A stretch of 64,000 bases of DNA from the NCBI GenBank assembly GCA_965249725.1, contig CBDFMQ010000001.1, positions 320,001-384,000 of the forward strand, given 5' to 3'. Below are positions 63,068-64,000 of the stretch, one piece after another. The notes below the pieces were generated by a model. It saw nothing but the letters and a program-made list of their open reading frames with translations, was not told where the DNA came from and did not search any database. The position numbers and the translations under genes were made by a program. The stretch's first letter is position 1, and every line of letters begins with the position of its first letter. Origin of the DNA: Longimicrobiales bacterium (lineage in GTDB: Bacteria > Gemmatimonadota > Gemmatimonadetes > Longimicrobiales > Gaopeijiaceae).

Positions 63068-63913
63068 TTGCCGGGACTCGAAGGTGTGGCTGCGGCCGCG
63101 TTTGGCGGGTCCCGACTCGGGAGCCGAAGATCACGGCTCCTTCCCAACTACTACCAGTTCCAGCAGCCATGTGAAAGGCTCGTGACGACCGACGAGGGGG
63201 TGACCTTCCTCGCCGACGTGGGCACGCTGTTGGGCTGGTGCCTGCGCTTCAGGATCGAGGATCCCTCGCTGAACGGGCTATTCGGGCTCCTGCGCCCGGG
63301 GATGACGGTCGTGGACGTCGGAGCCAACATCGGGTTCACGGCGCTCACGGCCGCGAAGCGGGTGGGTCCTTCCGGGAGAGTTATCGCTTTCGAGCCGCAC
63401 GCCGCGAACTACGCTGCGCTCCAGGCAAACCTGAAGTTGAATCCAGGGCTGGGTGTGGAGGCGTTCAACGTCGGGCTCGCCCGGGCTTCGGGTGAGGCGA
63501 AGATGGTGGAGCCGTTCGCCAGGAACCCCGGAGGCTTCCGCATTTCGTCGGCCGCCACCGGAGAGAGCATAGCCCTCGAGTCGTTGGACGGGATCATCGA
63601 GCGTGAGGGGATCATGTCCGCCGACGTGCTGAAGATCGACACGGAGGGCTTCGAGCTCGAGGTGCTGACCGGAGCCGAACGTGTTCTGGAAGAGCACCGG
63701 CCCGCCATCTTCATCGAGTTGAGTGAGGACAACCTGCTGGACCAGGGATCGTCGTCCGCCGAGGTGATCTCGTTCTTGATGGACCGTGGCTACAGCGTTC
63801 AAGAGGCCGTTTCCGGGCAGCCGCTTGGGGTCGAGGCGGACTATGCGGGCTGTCATTGTGATGCGATCGCGGTGGCCGCAGATAGAGCCGATCCACACGA
63901 TTCTTCCTTGTAG
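63068..63913 (+). CDS. FkbM-family methyltransferase
   Basis: VDVGANIG, AFEP, LKIDTEGFELEVL.GA; start uncertain. Confidence 0.9.
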   Translation: MPGLEGVAAAAFGGSRLGSRRSRLLPNYYQFQQPCERLVTTDEGVTFLADVGTLLGWCLRFRIEDPSLNGLFGLLRPGMTVVDVGANIGFTALTAAKRVGPSGRVIAFEPHAANYAALQANLKLNPGLGVEAFNVGLARASGEAKMVEPFARNPGGFRISSAATGESIALESLDGIIEREGIMSADVLKIDTEGFELEVLTGAERVLEEHRPAIFIELSEDNLLDQGSSSAEVISFLMDRGYSVQEAVSGQPLGVEADYAGCHCDAIAVAADRADPHDSSL

Positions 63914-64000
63914 CCGCTGTTCGCAGCGGTCATATTTCCGACGGCCACGCCACCCATCACCCAGCTGCGCATCCCGTACCTATGACCCCATCGTCCATCG

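Overview
This is a GC-rich bacterial window; the RpoC N-terminus and gene order suggest Gemmatimonadota (inference). 1-3.2 kb holds a DUF3179-type protein and an M3 oligopeptidase. 3.3-42.6 kb is a nearly complete translation/transcription supercluster: tRNA-Tyr/Gly/Thr, tuf, rpmG-secE-nusG-rplKAJL-rpoBC, str, S10, spc and alpha operons, then rpmB. 42.8-64 kb holds hemD and a surface-glycan locus (glycosyltransferases, two AsnB-type amidotransferases, three methyltransferases, WbpB/WbpD-like enzymes, an ABC exporter) with three apparent frame breaks. The main find sits between rpoC and rpsL (17.2-20.9 kb): a translationally coupled nucleotidyltransferase + HprK-like kinase + PqqD/RRE + PRMT-fold methyltransferase, followed by a ~70-aa peptide. 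The peptide has a twin-arginine-like N-terminus, a lasso-leader-like YxxPxIxxxAxxxxxTx motif and a Met/Gly- and Pro/Ser/Thr-rich core lacking Asp/Glu. It is a candidate non-lasso RiPP system. Also noted: branched intergenic palindromes, an AGAG/TAGA motif in place of the canonical Shine-Dalgarno, and long extensions on several ribosomal proteins. All calls come from reading motifs by eye; no searches were run.
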